In this document: one piece after another, positions 8,152 through 17,036 of the stretch
How positions within the stretch are numbered: position 1 is the first letter of the stretch
Layout of the letters: each line of letters starts with the position of its first letter
DNA from: a virus
Taxonomy: Duplodnaviria; Caudoviricetes
Virus record (IMG/VR): IMGVR_UViG_3300031949_000059
Location: 1-48,579 of that record
Direction: 5' to 3' (one strand)
DNA: 48,579 nucleotides
Notes under the pieces: generated by a model
What the model was told of the DNA's origin: nothing
What the model saw: the letters and a program-made list of their open reading frames with translations, nothing else
The model's database searches: none
Made by a program: the position numbers and the translations under genes

Positions 8152-8710
8152 CGTCCACCCCCACCCCTGCTTCTGTACTGCTATGCTCCAGCACATATGC
8201 CTCAAACTCCTGAGCAATACTGATAACATCCGCTGCACTAGGCACATATTCTGAGGGGTCAAGGGCAAGCAGAGCAATCGCATTTGACAGACTACTCTGC
8301 CGCACAATCATTACCTGCTTGGCTGCGCGCTCCTCGGGTGTTTCATAGTTGCTGCGTACCTGTGTCTGTGTTGGGGCTTTCCCACCAGAGGGTGCGCTTG
8401 TTGCTGGGGCTACCACGGCCTGTTCTGTTGGGGCTTCTGTTTTTATAACTGTTAGCCACTTCCAGAAGTCGCCATCCTTTGTATCTGTAATAACTACCCA
8501 ATCTCCTGTTAAGACCGCCTCTAAATCACTACGCAAGGTTGCATTAAAACTAAAATTCTTGGTGTGGATGTTCTTAGTTAACACCTTCCCGTCTATGGTC
8601 TTGTAAATAACCTCTGTGCCGGGATAAGACTTTGCCTGTCCTTTAATTGTGGTGTCAAAAGTTACTGATACAATCTGTGCCACCAATTTTCTGTTATCGC
8701 TTGTTACCAT
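8126..8710 (-). CDS. Putative ssDNA-binding protein
   Basis: Beta-rich OB-like N-terminus, YETPEERA.KQ..IVRQSSL motif, acidic tail; directly downstream of the polymerase. Confidence 0.55.
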   Translation of the reverse strand: MVTSDNRKLVAQIVSVTFDTTIKGQAKSYPGTEVIYKTIDGKVLTKNIHTKNFSFNATLRSDLEAVLTGDWVVITDTKDGDFWKWLTVIKTEAPTEQAVVAPATSAPSGGKAPTQTQVRSNYETPEERAAKQVMIVRQSSLSNAIALLALDPSEYVPSAADVISIAQEFEAYVLEHSSTEAGVGVDDVQVHLPE

Positions 8711-9450
8711 TATACACTCCTCTTAAACTTTGTCATGTTAGCCCATGTATGGCCATACTTGCATTCCCCAGCAAGGGGGACGTTTACTTTGACCCCATAC
8801 AGCCGCTCAAAGTTCCGTGGTATATCAGAAAAACAATCTTCAAGAAATATGCAAACCTTTTCAAGTTCTTTGCTGCCTTCCTGTACATCTGCATCCACCA
8901 CAATAGAATCATGCACCGTGTTGACAAACAACATCCTGTCCTTTAACTCAAACTTGGGATAGCGGTTCAGTGCGGTTACCCGAGCTACGGCCATGAACTC
9001 GGCACCTAGCCCCTGCACCGGGTGATTAACTATATCCCGTTCTGCATATCCTTTGTGGCCTTGCGACTCAAACTGGTACACTCGTCCAGTCGGGTTACAT
9101 AGTCTTCCAGTAGCATTAACCTGCTGGATAATCTCTGCGTGCCATTGTGCCAGACCACTATACTTTTCATATGTAGCATCAATAACCCCCTGCCAATACT
9201 TCTCAGAAGTTGATACCTCCATGAACCTTGGGTCATTTGCATATGCATAGGCAGGCCCTTTATATATGGCACGAAAGATAAAGGTCTTGGCTAAGTCTCT
9301 TCCATCCTTTCCCTCAGGAAACTTATGCAGCTTCTGATTATGACTATGAAAGTCTACGTCCTCAAGAACTTCCTGTATCCCGGTCTTATCTTGGGAGAGG
9401 AACATGGCACAGCGCCATTCCAACTGGGCGGCATCACATTCAATCAACAT
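8710..9450 (-). CDS. polA: Family A DNA polymerase, C-terminal catalytic subunit
   Basis: Motif A (DAAQLEWR), motif B (RDLAKTFIFRAIY), motif C (VHDSI); own GGGAGG RBS and ATG at 9450. Confidence 0.92.
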   Translation of the reverse strand: MLIECDAAQLEWRCAMFLSQDKTGIQEVLEDVDFHSHNQKLHKFPEGKDGRDLAKTFIFRAIYKGPAYAYANDPRFMEVSTSEKYWQGVIDATYEKYSGLAQWHAEIIQQVNATGRLCNPTGRVYQFESQGHKGYAERDIVNHPVQGLGAEFMAVARVTALNRYPKFELKDRMLFVNTVHDSIVVDADVQEGSKELEKVCIFLEDCFSDIPRNFERLYGVKVNVPLAGECKYGHTWANMTKFKRSV

Positions 9451-9682
9451 GCAGGGCCTCCCGCTTTCTATCAAAACCATCCGACCCAAAGACCTCCTCG
9501 ACAATTTCTCGTGGCAAGTTTTTGCGAAGGGCTTCCATTAGGATACTCCACTCTTCTACCCCCTCCTCACTGCCGCTCATGTATGCCTCCTCCAGCAACC
9601 GGCAAAACCTATACACGGTATCATGGTAGTACACCTCTTCTCTTACTTGGTTCTCTATATCTGTATCAGATGAGTGGCTCAT
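9440..9682 (-). CDS. Acidic hypothetical protein between the polA halves
   Basis: GGAGG RBS; ATGA coupling. Confidence 0.6.
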   Translation of the reverse strand: MSHSSDTDIENQVREEVYYHDTVYRFCRLLEEAYMSGSEEGVEEWSILMEALRKNLPREIVEEVFGSDGFDRKREALHVD

Positions 9683-10023
9683 TCTACCTCCTTCTCAGCA
9701 GCAGCATAGGCTGCTTCTTCCCAGTAACCCGCCACTGCTTTTGCTAGTTTTGTTACCCCAAACATGACTAATGCTTTTGCTTCATCCTCTGTGGCCGTTA
9801 CTTTTTCTAACACCACCTGTAGCACGCCACAAATAGCCTCTGCGGCTATCAGTTCACTAAAGGCTTCCCTCAGGTTCTCTTCCTCATATGGGTAGAACTC
9901 ATTCCCTTCCTGCATACTGTACTGGGTAAGGGCCTCCACCTGCTCTGTCCTGTGGTCATAGTATGTCTCCGCATCCTGCATTTCATGCAGCAGTTCCGCA
10001 TAATAGTTCTTAGGGGTTGTCAT
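9679..10023 (-). CDS. Acidic hypothetical protein between the polA halves
   Basis: GGAG RBS before MTTPKNYY. Confidence 0.6.
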   Translation of the reverse strand: MTTPKNYYAELLHEMQDAETYYDHRTEQVEALTQYSMQEGNEFYPYEEENLREAFSELIAAEAICGVLQVVLEKVTATEDEAKALVMFGVTKLAKAVAGYWEEAAYAAAEKEVE

Positions 10024-10186
10024 GTTGTTTGTTCTCCACTTTTCCTGCACTCTGTTTACCAAACCGCTGTTCTTGTTCATCTATGTGCTGGAGCAGGCCA
10101 AGTATGATTATATCATCACCCTGCGGGTAGGCTACAGCCCGCCCATCTAACATTTTCCTGACACTATCCAACTGTTCTTTGGTCAT
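10010..10186 (-). CDS. 58-aa hypothetical protein (not in ORF track)
   Basis: AGGAGG RBS right after the polA N-half stop; MTKEQLDSVRKMLDGR... Confidence 0.55.
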   Translation of the reverse strand: MTKEQLDSVRKMLDGRAVAYPQGDDIIILGLLQHIDEQEQRFGKQSAGKVENKQHDNP

Positions 10187-10194
10187 ACATCCTC

Positions 10195-11337
10195 CTACTC
10201 AAACCTGCTAATAAAGTACGGCTTCTGCTCATCTGGGTTGTTCTGTACATTAGGCTTAACGGAAGACAACCTCCCAGTTACAGCCATCGCCTGATTGTAG
10301 TTGGTGTGTATCAAATTGCCTTCCCATCCAGATTCTTTTATCCTTGAAGGGAAGCCACTCAAGTAAGTACCTACGAGTTTCTCCAGCCTGCGCAATTCTA
10401 ATATATATTGCACAATTTTCGTGGCTATCCCTGTTGTCTTCAATTTCTTGAGGGTGGCTTCATCTGTAGGCCAAAAACCCTCCTTTTTTAAACCCTTCTT
10501 TGGGTGTGCCACCAATTGCGGAAGCACACGCTCATGAATTACATTATGCAGCTTTTCTTTTGTACTCCCATCTTTATAGGTGAAGAGGTAGGGTTCCTTC
10601 ACAACTTCTTTATAGGTTCCACCGTATAGAAGCTGGGATATAAAATCATTAGACCAACAACGGGGTGCCACCGGGGCACATGTGTTCAGATACTTTATTG
10701 TGGCTTCAATATCAGAACCCAGTAGCATGGCCTTCTTCTCTGACCCCATAACATCGTATAAGTTCCCATTCCATTCCATTTCAGCAAGCATACGCAAGTC
10801 TTGGTTGTGCAACGTAACGAGGGGCAAGATGCCCCGCTCAACTACGGCATCATACTGTAAATAAAAAATCTGTTTCGTCAATTGCACATCCTGTCTTAGG
10901 TAGTCCCTAAGTATCTGCTCAGGTACTTCCATTGTTTGCCTTCCTTTGTCCCAGTACTCAGTCTTCACTACATCAAGTTTCCCCCGAAGACCCCACCGTA
11001 CAGCTACATCATTAAGTGAGTTCAACGGGGTTGTCTGGTGATCCAATATAAACTGGACAAGAAGCACGTCCCACACTAGCTTGCCAGTAAATACCACCCC
11101 ATACCTACGCCCCCAAGTAAGGTCAAACTTAGGATTAGCGCCGACCAGTAGGTCACAACTGTCAACTCGCTTTTGGAACGATACAAGCCGGTCATAATAA
11201 GGTACATCAAAATACTCAATAGCGTAATCAGTGTAATTGCCATCATCGGCTCCTATATAGCACAGCTTTGCTGTGGGATTAAACGGGTCATGCAGCGGCT
11301 TGGCTGTTGTCTCAACGTCAAAAAATAATGGCTTCAT
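10195..11337 (-). CDS. polA: Family A DNA polymerase, N-terminal subunit (3'-5' exonuclease + thumb)
   Basis: ExoI FDVET, ExoII N.KFD, ExoIII Y...DV; ends with TGRLSS.KPNVQN. Confidence 0.92.
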   Translation of the reverse strand: MKPLFFDVETTAKPLHDPFNPTAKLCYIGADDGNYTDYAIEYFDVPYYDRLVSFQKRVDSCDLLVGANPKFDLTWGRRYGVVFTGKLVWDVLLVQFILDHQTTPLNSLNDVAVRWGLRGKLDVVKTEYWDKGRQTMEVPEQILRDYLRQDVQLTKQIFYLQYDAVVERGILPLVTLHNQDLRMLAEMEWNGNLYDVMGSEKKAMLLGSDIEATIKYLNTCAPVAPRCWSNDFISQLLYGGTYKEVVKEPYLFTYKDGSTKEKLHNVIHERVLPQLVAHPKKGLKKEGFWPTDEATLKKLKTTGIATKIVQYILELRRLEKLVGTYLSGFPSRIKESGWEGNLIHTNYNQAMAVTGRLSSVKPNVQNNPDEQKPYFISRFE

Positions 11338-12572
11338 GCTGCATCCCTATAAATTGAAAGTTCCGGTATTAGTATGGTTTGAAACTTCCCATGCCTATCC
11401 CGCTCATCTGCCCCACGCATACCCCTGCGCTTGTTCTTGGGTATGTTTATGTAGCGTACATATTCATAGCCTGCGTCCTCTATTCGACCAATCCCTATCA
11501 AGAAGTCTAGGGCTGCGGGTTTGGCTACCTTGCTATTAGCCATATCCATTTCTGTTAGCCATTTCTTTTGCATGGTAATACTAGACTGGCATACCCCCAA
11601 CACCGGGGCATAGTCCTTGGCCAATTCCCTAGCCCACCGATATAGTTTGCCCAAGCCCACATCCTGCCGCTCATCCCGCTCGAACCCTTTTATCTCATCC
11701 AAGTTATCCATAATAATAAGCCGTGGTTGGAGGGTGTCTAGTGTTTTTGCTACATTGCTGTAGTGCTGGTGAGCATTATCTATAAACTTTAGTCTTTGAC
11801 CACCCCGCTGATAGAAAAGTTCCTGTGCTTCTATCGGATGGCTTTCTAATTCTTCTGCTGTCATACCAGTAACCGCTGAGTAGAACCGCCACATCACACT
11901 ATTACCATCCTCCTCATTAAAGAACACAACCACATGCTCATCATCACCAATCTGCCCAACCATGTGTGATGCTTCGGATACCCACATAGCTGTCTTGCCT
12001 GTTTCCACCCTCGCTAGTATTACCCCAAACATAGACTTGCGTAGCTGCCCAACCGACTTGTTAAGGCAGGCCAACCGCCATTTTAATCCCGGCTGCTCAT
12101 CTGATATTTTCATCAGTTCATCTAAATCCGTTGTCACATATTCTTGTACTGCTTGCACAACATCTGCGTTGTGCAATAAAAGTGTTGCGGCTTGTTCTAC
12201 AATCTTGTCATTTGTAACCCCCGCATCCATAGCCATCACGGCCAGTGTTCTGCGGGTTTGGCTGTCCTTCATTTGCTGCATGTATTGACCAACTAGCTCC
12301 TCCCGTATTTCGGCACGACCCGCCTGCCCAAGAAGCCCCTGATAAACTGCTTGTTGTTTGTCTGACAACCCCGGATATTGAAGGAAGAACCACACCTGAA
12401 ACTCTGGGAGGGTAATATCACTATGCTTCTCCTCATGCCACTTTTTAAGGGCTAAGTACACTCTGTATAATTCTGGGGTTTGGTTCTTTAGTTCTGCCCA
12501 ATCTACTGCCGGACTATACTCAACCCATGCAGTGTGGCTTAAAAGCTGGTGTAGAATCTGGGTTTCAATCAT
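11334..12572 (-). CDS. Replicative SF4 (DnaB/T7 gp4-like) helicase
   Basis: Walker A ARVETGKT, NEE, Walker B IIMD, Q motif, KNK. Confidence 0.88.
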   Translation of the reverse strand: MIETQILHQLLSHTAWVEYSPAVDWAELKNQTPELYRVYLALKKWHEEKHSDITLPEFQVWFFLQYPGLSDKQQAVYQGLLGQAGRAEIREELVGQYMQQMKDSQTRRTLAVMAMDAGVTNDKIVEQAATLLLHNADVVQAVQEYVTTDLDELMKISDEQPGLKWRLACLNKSVGQLRKSMFGVILARVETGKTAMWVSEASHMVGQIGDDEHVVVFFNEEDGNSVMWRFYSAVTGMTAEELESHPIEAQELFYQRGGQRLKFIDNAHQHYSNVAKTLDTLQPRLIIMDNLDEIKGFERDERQDVGLGKLYRWARELAKDYAPVLGVCQSSITMQKKWLTEMDMANSKVAKPAALDFLIGIGRIEDAGYEYVRYINIPKNKRRGMRGADERDRHGKFQTILIPELSIYRDAA

Positions 12573-12642
12573 TTGGTTTATTTTCTTTTGTCTTACTGGT
12601 GTTTATTTAGGCGGGCGGACAGTCCCTACCCCAGCTTTGCCA

Positions 12643-12843
12643 CTAGGCAAGTAGCCTCTGGATTGCCTCGGTTGCTATCTTGTTGATTGCGTGCAGTGGG
12701 TCACATGGGTTGCCCAAAGATAACTTAGCAATTTCTTGCAGCGCCTGCACGTCTGTTCCGCTCATAATATACTCTTGCAATGCTTCTATTTTTTCAGCGT
12801 CAGTCATCATGGTCGTCATGGTCGTCATGGTCTTGCTCTCCAT
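12643..12843 (-). CDS. Hypothetical protein
   Basis: Short ORF in strand with neighbours; true start uncertain. Confidence 0.45.
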   Translation of the reverse strand: MESKTMTTMTTMMTDAEKIEALQEYIMSGTDVQALQEIAKLSLGNPCDPLHAINKIATEAIQRLLA

Positions 12844-12873
12844 TCATCATGTTACAGTGGTGAGGCCTACGCC

Positions 12874-13677
12874 TTAGCTACACTCTGGTCTATCTGGTAG
12901 CCACTCTCTTATGTCTTCTGTGCTATACCCCTTGGGGTCTAGCTTGGTAATTATCGGGCGTATAGACAAAATCAAACTATGCCGTATGGCCTGCCTAACC
13001 GCTTCTTCCCGCTTGTCATAATCCAACCATAGGTAGGCACTGCTATACTCTAAAGACAGGCGATGTGCGTTTTGTTGGGATAACGAACTACCCCATAGGG
13101 GCATTGCTGGGGTCACCCGGCTAACCTTGATTGCTGAGATTAAATCCTCTACTAAAACAATTGTTCCGTCGTCCGGCCATGGCTCCGTTTTCTTATACTT
13201 GTCGGGTGTATGAAAACTCCTGTCTGGCTTGCCTATTACATGAAGAACATCCTCCTTGAACCCCCTTGTGATATACTTAGGGTGTCTTGGGTTATCACCA
13301 AAGTATCTGGCCTGCCACATCACCAGATTACCCCTTGGGTCATATACTGGGAAGATTAGATACTGCTTCTCCTTTGACCACAAAAACCCATGCCCCTCAA
13401 CCTCTGCCTCTGTTATCCCATAACTAGCAACCCAACCACGCGCAGGCAGGCTCCAGCTTATATACAGTAGCTCTGCCGCATCCTCTGGTAGTGGTGGGCA
13501 TGAGGATAGCTTAGACTTCTTTTGACTCACTGTGGCCCCTCTTAGCAGCTTCTTATAGGCATTCCCATCCCTATGCTTGCCACAACTAAAGCAATGGAAC
13601 CCCCCATCATCATACTCGGTGTATGCATCCGATGAAGAACACTGGGGACAAGCCCCTTGGCTTATGACCTGTGCCAT
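12874..13677 (-). CDS. DNA primase (Zn ribbon + TOPRIM)
   Basis: CPQCSSSDA...HCFSC, PKY, LVED, WLDYD, DPK motifs. Confidence 0.9.
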   Translation of the reverse strand: MAQVISQGACPQCSSSDAYTEYDDGGFHCFSCGKHRDGNAYKKLLRGATVSQKKSKLSSCPPLPEDAAELLYISWSLPARGWVASYGITEAEVEGHGFLWSKEKQYLIFPVYDPRGNLVMWQARYFGDNPRHPKYITRGFKEDVLHVIGKPDRSFHTPDKYKKTEPWPDDGTIVLVEDLISAIKVSRVTPAMPLWGSSLSQQNAHRLSLEYSSAYLWLDYDKREEAVRQAIRHSLILSIRPIITKLDPKGYSTEDIREWLPDRPECS

Positions 13678-13910
13678 TAGTCATCACCATACTCGGATAG
13701 CTCCTCACCCATGAACGATAACTCAGCATCATAATCACCCATAAACGGGGAGTCCAACTCATCAGACTCATCCTCAAGGGTCACATGCACCACCTCTTCA
13801 ATATAACCGAGGCACGCATTGCACAAACCCAATTCTTCCCCTGTTGTTTTTGACTTTCTCACGTCCTCAGACACGGTGAGTAGTTTATCACAAGCCACAC
13901 AATGAGACAT
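13677..13910 (-). CDS. Small Zn-finger protein with acidic tail
   Basis: CVAC...CNAC; AAGGAG RBS. Confidence 0.7.
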   Translation of the reverse strand: MSHCVACDKLLTVSEDVRKSKTTGEELGLCNACLGYIEEVVHVTLEDESDELDSPFMGDYDAELSFMGEELSEYGDD

Positions 13911-13929
13911 ACTATGCTCCTTCTCTAAT

Positions 13930-14052
13930 CTAATCTAACAAAGTGAGTAACGCAGCAACCCAGCTTACAATACAGATAACAAAACCAACCGCCGCCACAG
14001 GTAATATCAACCCAAAGAAAACTGATTCACAAAGCCACTGGAAGAACTTCAT
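13930..14052 (-). CDS. 40-aa membrane peptide (not in ORF track)
   Basis: AAGGGG RBS; MKFFQWLCESVFFGLILPVAAVGFVICIVSWVAALLTLLD. Confidence 0.45.
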   Translation of the reverse strand: MKFFQWLCESVFFGLILPVAAVGFVICIVSWVAALLTLLD

Positions 14053-14254
14053 TGGTATTATCCCCTTTCTTATTCTTTGTCCATCCCACATAAACATAAA
14101 CCAGATTTAGCCTAACCCTTTCTGCATCCCCAAAGAAACAGGGTAGCAGGTTTAAATTGAATTGTGTTAGTTGCTCCTTGGTAATATCACACACATAATC
14201 CATAGGAACCCGGCTCATATCTGCACCGCTACTGGTCACGGGAAGGTCAGCCAT
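14027..14254 (-). CDS. Hypothetical protein
   Basis: In-strand ORF tightly packed with neighbours. Confidence 0.45.
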   Translation of the reverse strand: MADLPVTSSGADMSRVPMDYVCDITKEQLTQFNLNLLPCFFGDAERVRLNLVYVYVGWTKNKKGDNTNEVLPVAL

Positions 14255-14256
14255 GA

Positions 14257-14481
14257 TTATACCCGCAAGCCTTTCAGCCAGGATGCTAGGGGCGCTTTAT
14301 CTATGCGCACCCTCGACTCAGCGGTGTATGACAATGGCAGTGCCTTTTCAATCATGTCCTTGGCAACCTGCTCTGTTAGGTCAAACCCATCCTGTATCCA
14401 TAGGGGTGACACTGAGAACGTGACCGTCCACCTTGGCCATGCTGCTTGTTCTAGTTCTGTTTTCTCATCCGACTTGTTCAT
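14257..14481 (-). CDS. Hypothetical protein
   Basis: AAGGA RBS; W..DGFDLT motif. Confidence 0.6.
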   Translation of the reverse strand: MNKSDEKTELEQAAWPRWTVTFSVSPLWIQDGFDLTEQVAKDMIEKALPLSYTAESRVRIDKAPLASWLKGLRV

Positions 14482-14530
14482 GGCAGTTCCTTTCTAATCT
14501 GGGGTTTTACTATGACAACGGGTATGCGGT

Positions 14531-14834
14531 TTAGTTCCGCTTCAACCCATCAATATCTACGAGCAAAGCAAAGGCCTCATCCACCTCATTTCTGGCTTTG
14601 GAAAGCCTATCACTCACAATAAGGGTAAGTGCTATCTTGGCTTCTTCCCATGTTGGGTAATATGCATCCCACGCACTTAGTTTCCCCACAGTTTCCCCCC
14701 GCCCACTCCGACCCAGTGCCCACTGCCCGCCACTGTGTACCCCCGGCACCTTGTTGTACTCCAATTATCATAAAGGGATAATCATCCCCCACTGAGTGTG
14801 CCTGCAATCCGCCTGTGTTAATTCCGTGTGCCAC
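14531..14834 (-). CDS. Hypothetical protein apparently split by a frameshift (ORFs 14610-14834 and 14531-14764)
   Basis: Strong AGGAGG RBS on the first ORF only; the frames can be joined at a G6 run with tandem GGGAAAC. Confidence 0.45.
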
Positions 14835-14842
14835 GATACCTC

Positions 14843-15130
14843 CTAACTGGTTTTATCCCCAAGGCATTCTCTTGCTGGGGTTTGGTTTACTGCTGCCCTG
14901 TCAATGCACTCTTCCAGTGTCTTGTACTGACCAAACCAGTAGAATGCCCTGCTTTTCCATATGTCAAGCTGCCTTTCCTTGACCTGCTCAACGGCCTCAT
15001 CCTTTAGTGCCTTGGTCTGTTTCTCCTGCACGAGGTCAGCGTAAACAATAATGCTACCTGCGGCAAGGCAACAAACCACAACACTGCCACAAATAAAGTT
15101 AAAGAACCTTGCTGTTTTGGGTTTCATCAT
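14843..15130 (-). CDS. Membrane-anchored protein (N-terminal TM, helical domain with 2 Cys)
   Basis: AGGAG RBS; hydrophobic segment near the N-terminus. Confidence 0.55.
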   Translation of the reverse strand: MMKPKTARFFNFICGSVVVCCLAAGSIIVYADLVQEKQTKALKDEAVEQVKERQLDIWKSRAFYWFGQYKTLEECIDRAAVNQTPARECLGDKTS

Positions 15131-15542
15131 TCTCTCCTGTTGGATGAACATAAGTTTTTGCTCCGACATAGCCACACTCATCACACACTGTAATCGGATG
15201 CCCACCAGCCTTATGTATAAAGGATGTACACGACTTGTTAAGGATAATCGCCGTGTGCAGCAATTCGCCACTATGTTTGCGAAACACAACTATATCTCCC
15301 GGCATAACCTTGTTTTTGTTAATCTTCACTGTGTGCCCTGCTAACATACGCTCCATTGTGCCTTGGGACAACCACACCGGCTCATCCACCCAGCCTAGTG
15401 CTTGTGCAGTAAACCCCCAGCAATTCTGTTCGATGTTCGCTTCGTTGCATTTTGGAATGCGCGGACGCACTGCATTATTTGTGCATTTTGCAAGTCTGGC
15501 AGCAACGTTATTAAGTCTGGTAACATCTTCGATAAACATCAT
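15099..15542 (-). CDS. Papain/NlpC-P60-fold putative cysteine hydrolase
   Basis: NCWGF (catalytic Cys), PGDIVVF, HTA (catalytic His), HKAG. Confidence 0.6.
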   Translation of the reverse strand: MMFIEDVTRLNNVAARLAKCTNNAVRPRIPKCNEANIEQNCWGFTAQALGWVDEPVWLSQGTMERMLAGHTVKINKNKVMPGDIVVFRKHSGELLHTAIILNKSCTSFIHKAGGHPITVCDECGYVGAKTYVHPTGENDETQNSKVL

Positions 15543-15548
15543 AACCTC

Positions 15549-16004
15549 CTACTCCGTTGTGATAATAAATACAGCCCGACGATTCCTCAAGTAATCCACT
15601 GGGGTTATATCATAAACCTGCCCCTGCAATACAGCAAACATATGCTCAGATAATACAATAATGTATTTGCCCTGCTTATGCTCTTCCACATACTTGGCAA
15701 CCACAACATACCTAGCAGGTTTCCATATCAACTTTTGTCCATAAAAGGTTACTCCCTGCTGTAGTTCTTTGGTGTATGTTGCCCATCCATCCACCCGTCC
15801 TGTCCGTGCTTTCATCCATTCATGGGTAGCTTTGTAGGGAACCCCGGTAAGCAGCGAGAAGGCACGAACCACACAATCCCTATCCTCCTGCGTATAACCA
15901 GAATCATTACGCCCCCCATCGGAATACACCCATGATGGTGCTGGGGTAGCAGCACACCCCGAAAGCATCACCGCAAAGCATACAGAGGTATAGTTATTAC
16001 TCAT
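15549..16004 (-). CDS. Lipoprotein with a papain-like (DCVVRA...H) domain
   Basis: Lipobox LSGC; DCVVRA and HMFAV..G..YD motifs. Confidence 0.6.
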   Translation of the reverse strand: MSNNYTSVCFAVMLSGCAATPAPSWVYSDGGRNDSGYTQEDRDCVVRAFSLLTGVPYKATHEWMKARTGRVDGWATYTKELQQGVTFYGQKLIWKPARYVVVAKYVEEHKQGKYIIVLSEHMFAVLQGQVYDITPVDYLRNRRAVFIITTE

Positions 16005-16007
16005 ATT

Positions 16008-16628
16008 CTAGTAGTCTTCAGCTTCTTTACGAGTAATAAAGAAGTGGATGCCATGAGAACACTGACTCCGCACATCAGGGTCAAAACTATCCGGCCTCAC
16101 TATCTGGCCTGTCACATAGACCAGCTTGGCTGTGTGTGTGTCGGTTCCCGCTAAAGCCGAACCACTAAGGCTTAAAACTCGTGCATATGCTGCCCTGCAC
16201 TTACGCTGTCCTATTGGGGTAATCCTTGCTGCTTCTTCTGGAATTTCCAGTTTAGCTATTATCCCCCCGCAAAGTTTCTTCCATCCCACAAAGCTGCCAA
16301 CCTCAGGACAAACAAGGTAGGGGGTCAGGTTGGCATTGCTTAGGTCGGCATTGCTCAGGTTGGCATTGCGCAGGTCGGCATTGCTCAGGTTGGCATTGCG
16401 CAGGTTGGCATTGCGCAGGTTGGCATTGTGCAGGTCGGCATTGCTCAGGTCGGCATTGCTTAGGTTGGCATTGCTTAGGTCGGCATTGCTTAGGTTGGCA
16501 TTGCTCAGGTTGGCATTGCGCAGGTCGGCATTGTGCAGGTCGGCATTGCTCAGGTCGGCATTGCTCAGGTCGGCATTGCGCAGGTTGGCATTGCGCCAGA
16601 CTGCGGCCTCTAACTCTTTTCTGTTCAT
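16008..16628 (-). CDS. Pentapeptide-repeat protein with DUF5758-like C-terminus
   Basis: ~18 A(N/D)L(S/R/H)N repeats; GWKK..KCRA..Y..G..V..D.FD....C..GIHFF. Confidence 0.9.
   Translation of the reverse strand: MNRKELEAAVWRNANLRNADLSNADLSNADLHNADLRNANLSNANLSNADLSNANLSNADLSNADLHNANLRNANLRNANLSNADLRNANLSNADLSNANLTPYLVCPEVGSFVGWKKLCGGIIAKLEIPEEAARITPIGQRKCRAAYARVLSLSGSALAGTDTHTAKLVYVTGQIVRPDSFDPDVRSQCSHGIHFFITRKEAEDY
16325..16596. repeat. 15-bp tandem repeat array encoding pentapeptide repeats
   Basis: Repeated (c/t)aggt(t/c)ggcattgc(t/g) units. Confidence 0.9.
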
Positions 16629-16629
16629 G

Positions 16630-16839
16630 TTAGCTGCTCCTTAGGTTATTGGTGACTGCGTGCTGCAACTGTAATTGTACTGGTTTTGCCTCTTGTATTA
16701 TATCCAAGCCTAGCTTGTTTCCCGTAAGCCTTTTATACTCACCTTGAAAATACTGGTAGTTGCTATCCTGCCCAGCCCAATAGCAGGCCACAATATGGTG
16801 GGATAGTCTGTCAAGTTCTTTTCGCAAATATGCATCCAT
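16630..16839 (-). CDS. Hypothetical early protein
   Basis: AAGGAG RBS. Confidence 0.6.
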   Translation of the reverse strand: MDAYLRKELDRLSHHIVACYWAGQDSNYQYFQGEYKRLTGNKLGLDIIQEAKPVQLQLQHAVTNNLRSS

Positions 16840-16862
16840 GGTATTCTCCTTTCCTATTATGC

Positions 16863-17036
16863 CTAGACCACCGAGTGTTTCACAAGTTCAATTTTCACTG
16901 GCTTCATATCTGCATTTATCCATTGTGACAACACACCCCGCCAAGCATTTGTTAAAGTTTCTGCCCATTGCGATGTATGTATAACTACCCCTGCTTGGTT
17001 AGTTATATCAAACCAATAACGCCGCTCTGTTTTCAT
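16863..17036 (-). CDS. Hypothetical early protein
   Basis: GGAGG RBS; TAATG coupling at MKTERR. Confidence 0.55.
   Translation of the reverse strand: MKTERRYWFDITNQAGVVIHTSQWAETLTNAWRGVLSQWINADMKPVKIELVKHSVV

Noticed and set aside
9451-10194. Group I intron or intein interrupting polA
   Set aside because: The gap is filled by three coupled ORFs, the downstream half has its own RBS and ATG, and no homing-endonuclease or splicing motifs were seen
3998-11337. Z-base or 7-deazaguanine DNA-modification pathway
   Set aside because: No PurZ, QueC/D/E, FolE, DpdA or thymidylate-synthase-like gene was recognised
16325-16644. Repeat array as CRISPR, and the antisense 104-aa ALLRS ORF
   Set aside because: 15-bp units with no spacers encode pentapeptide repeats on the minus strand; the plus-strand ORF is their mirror image
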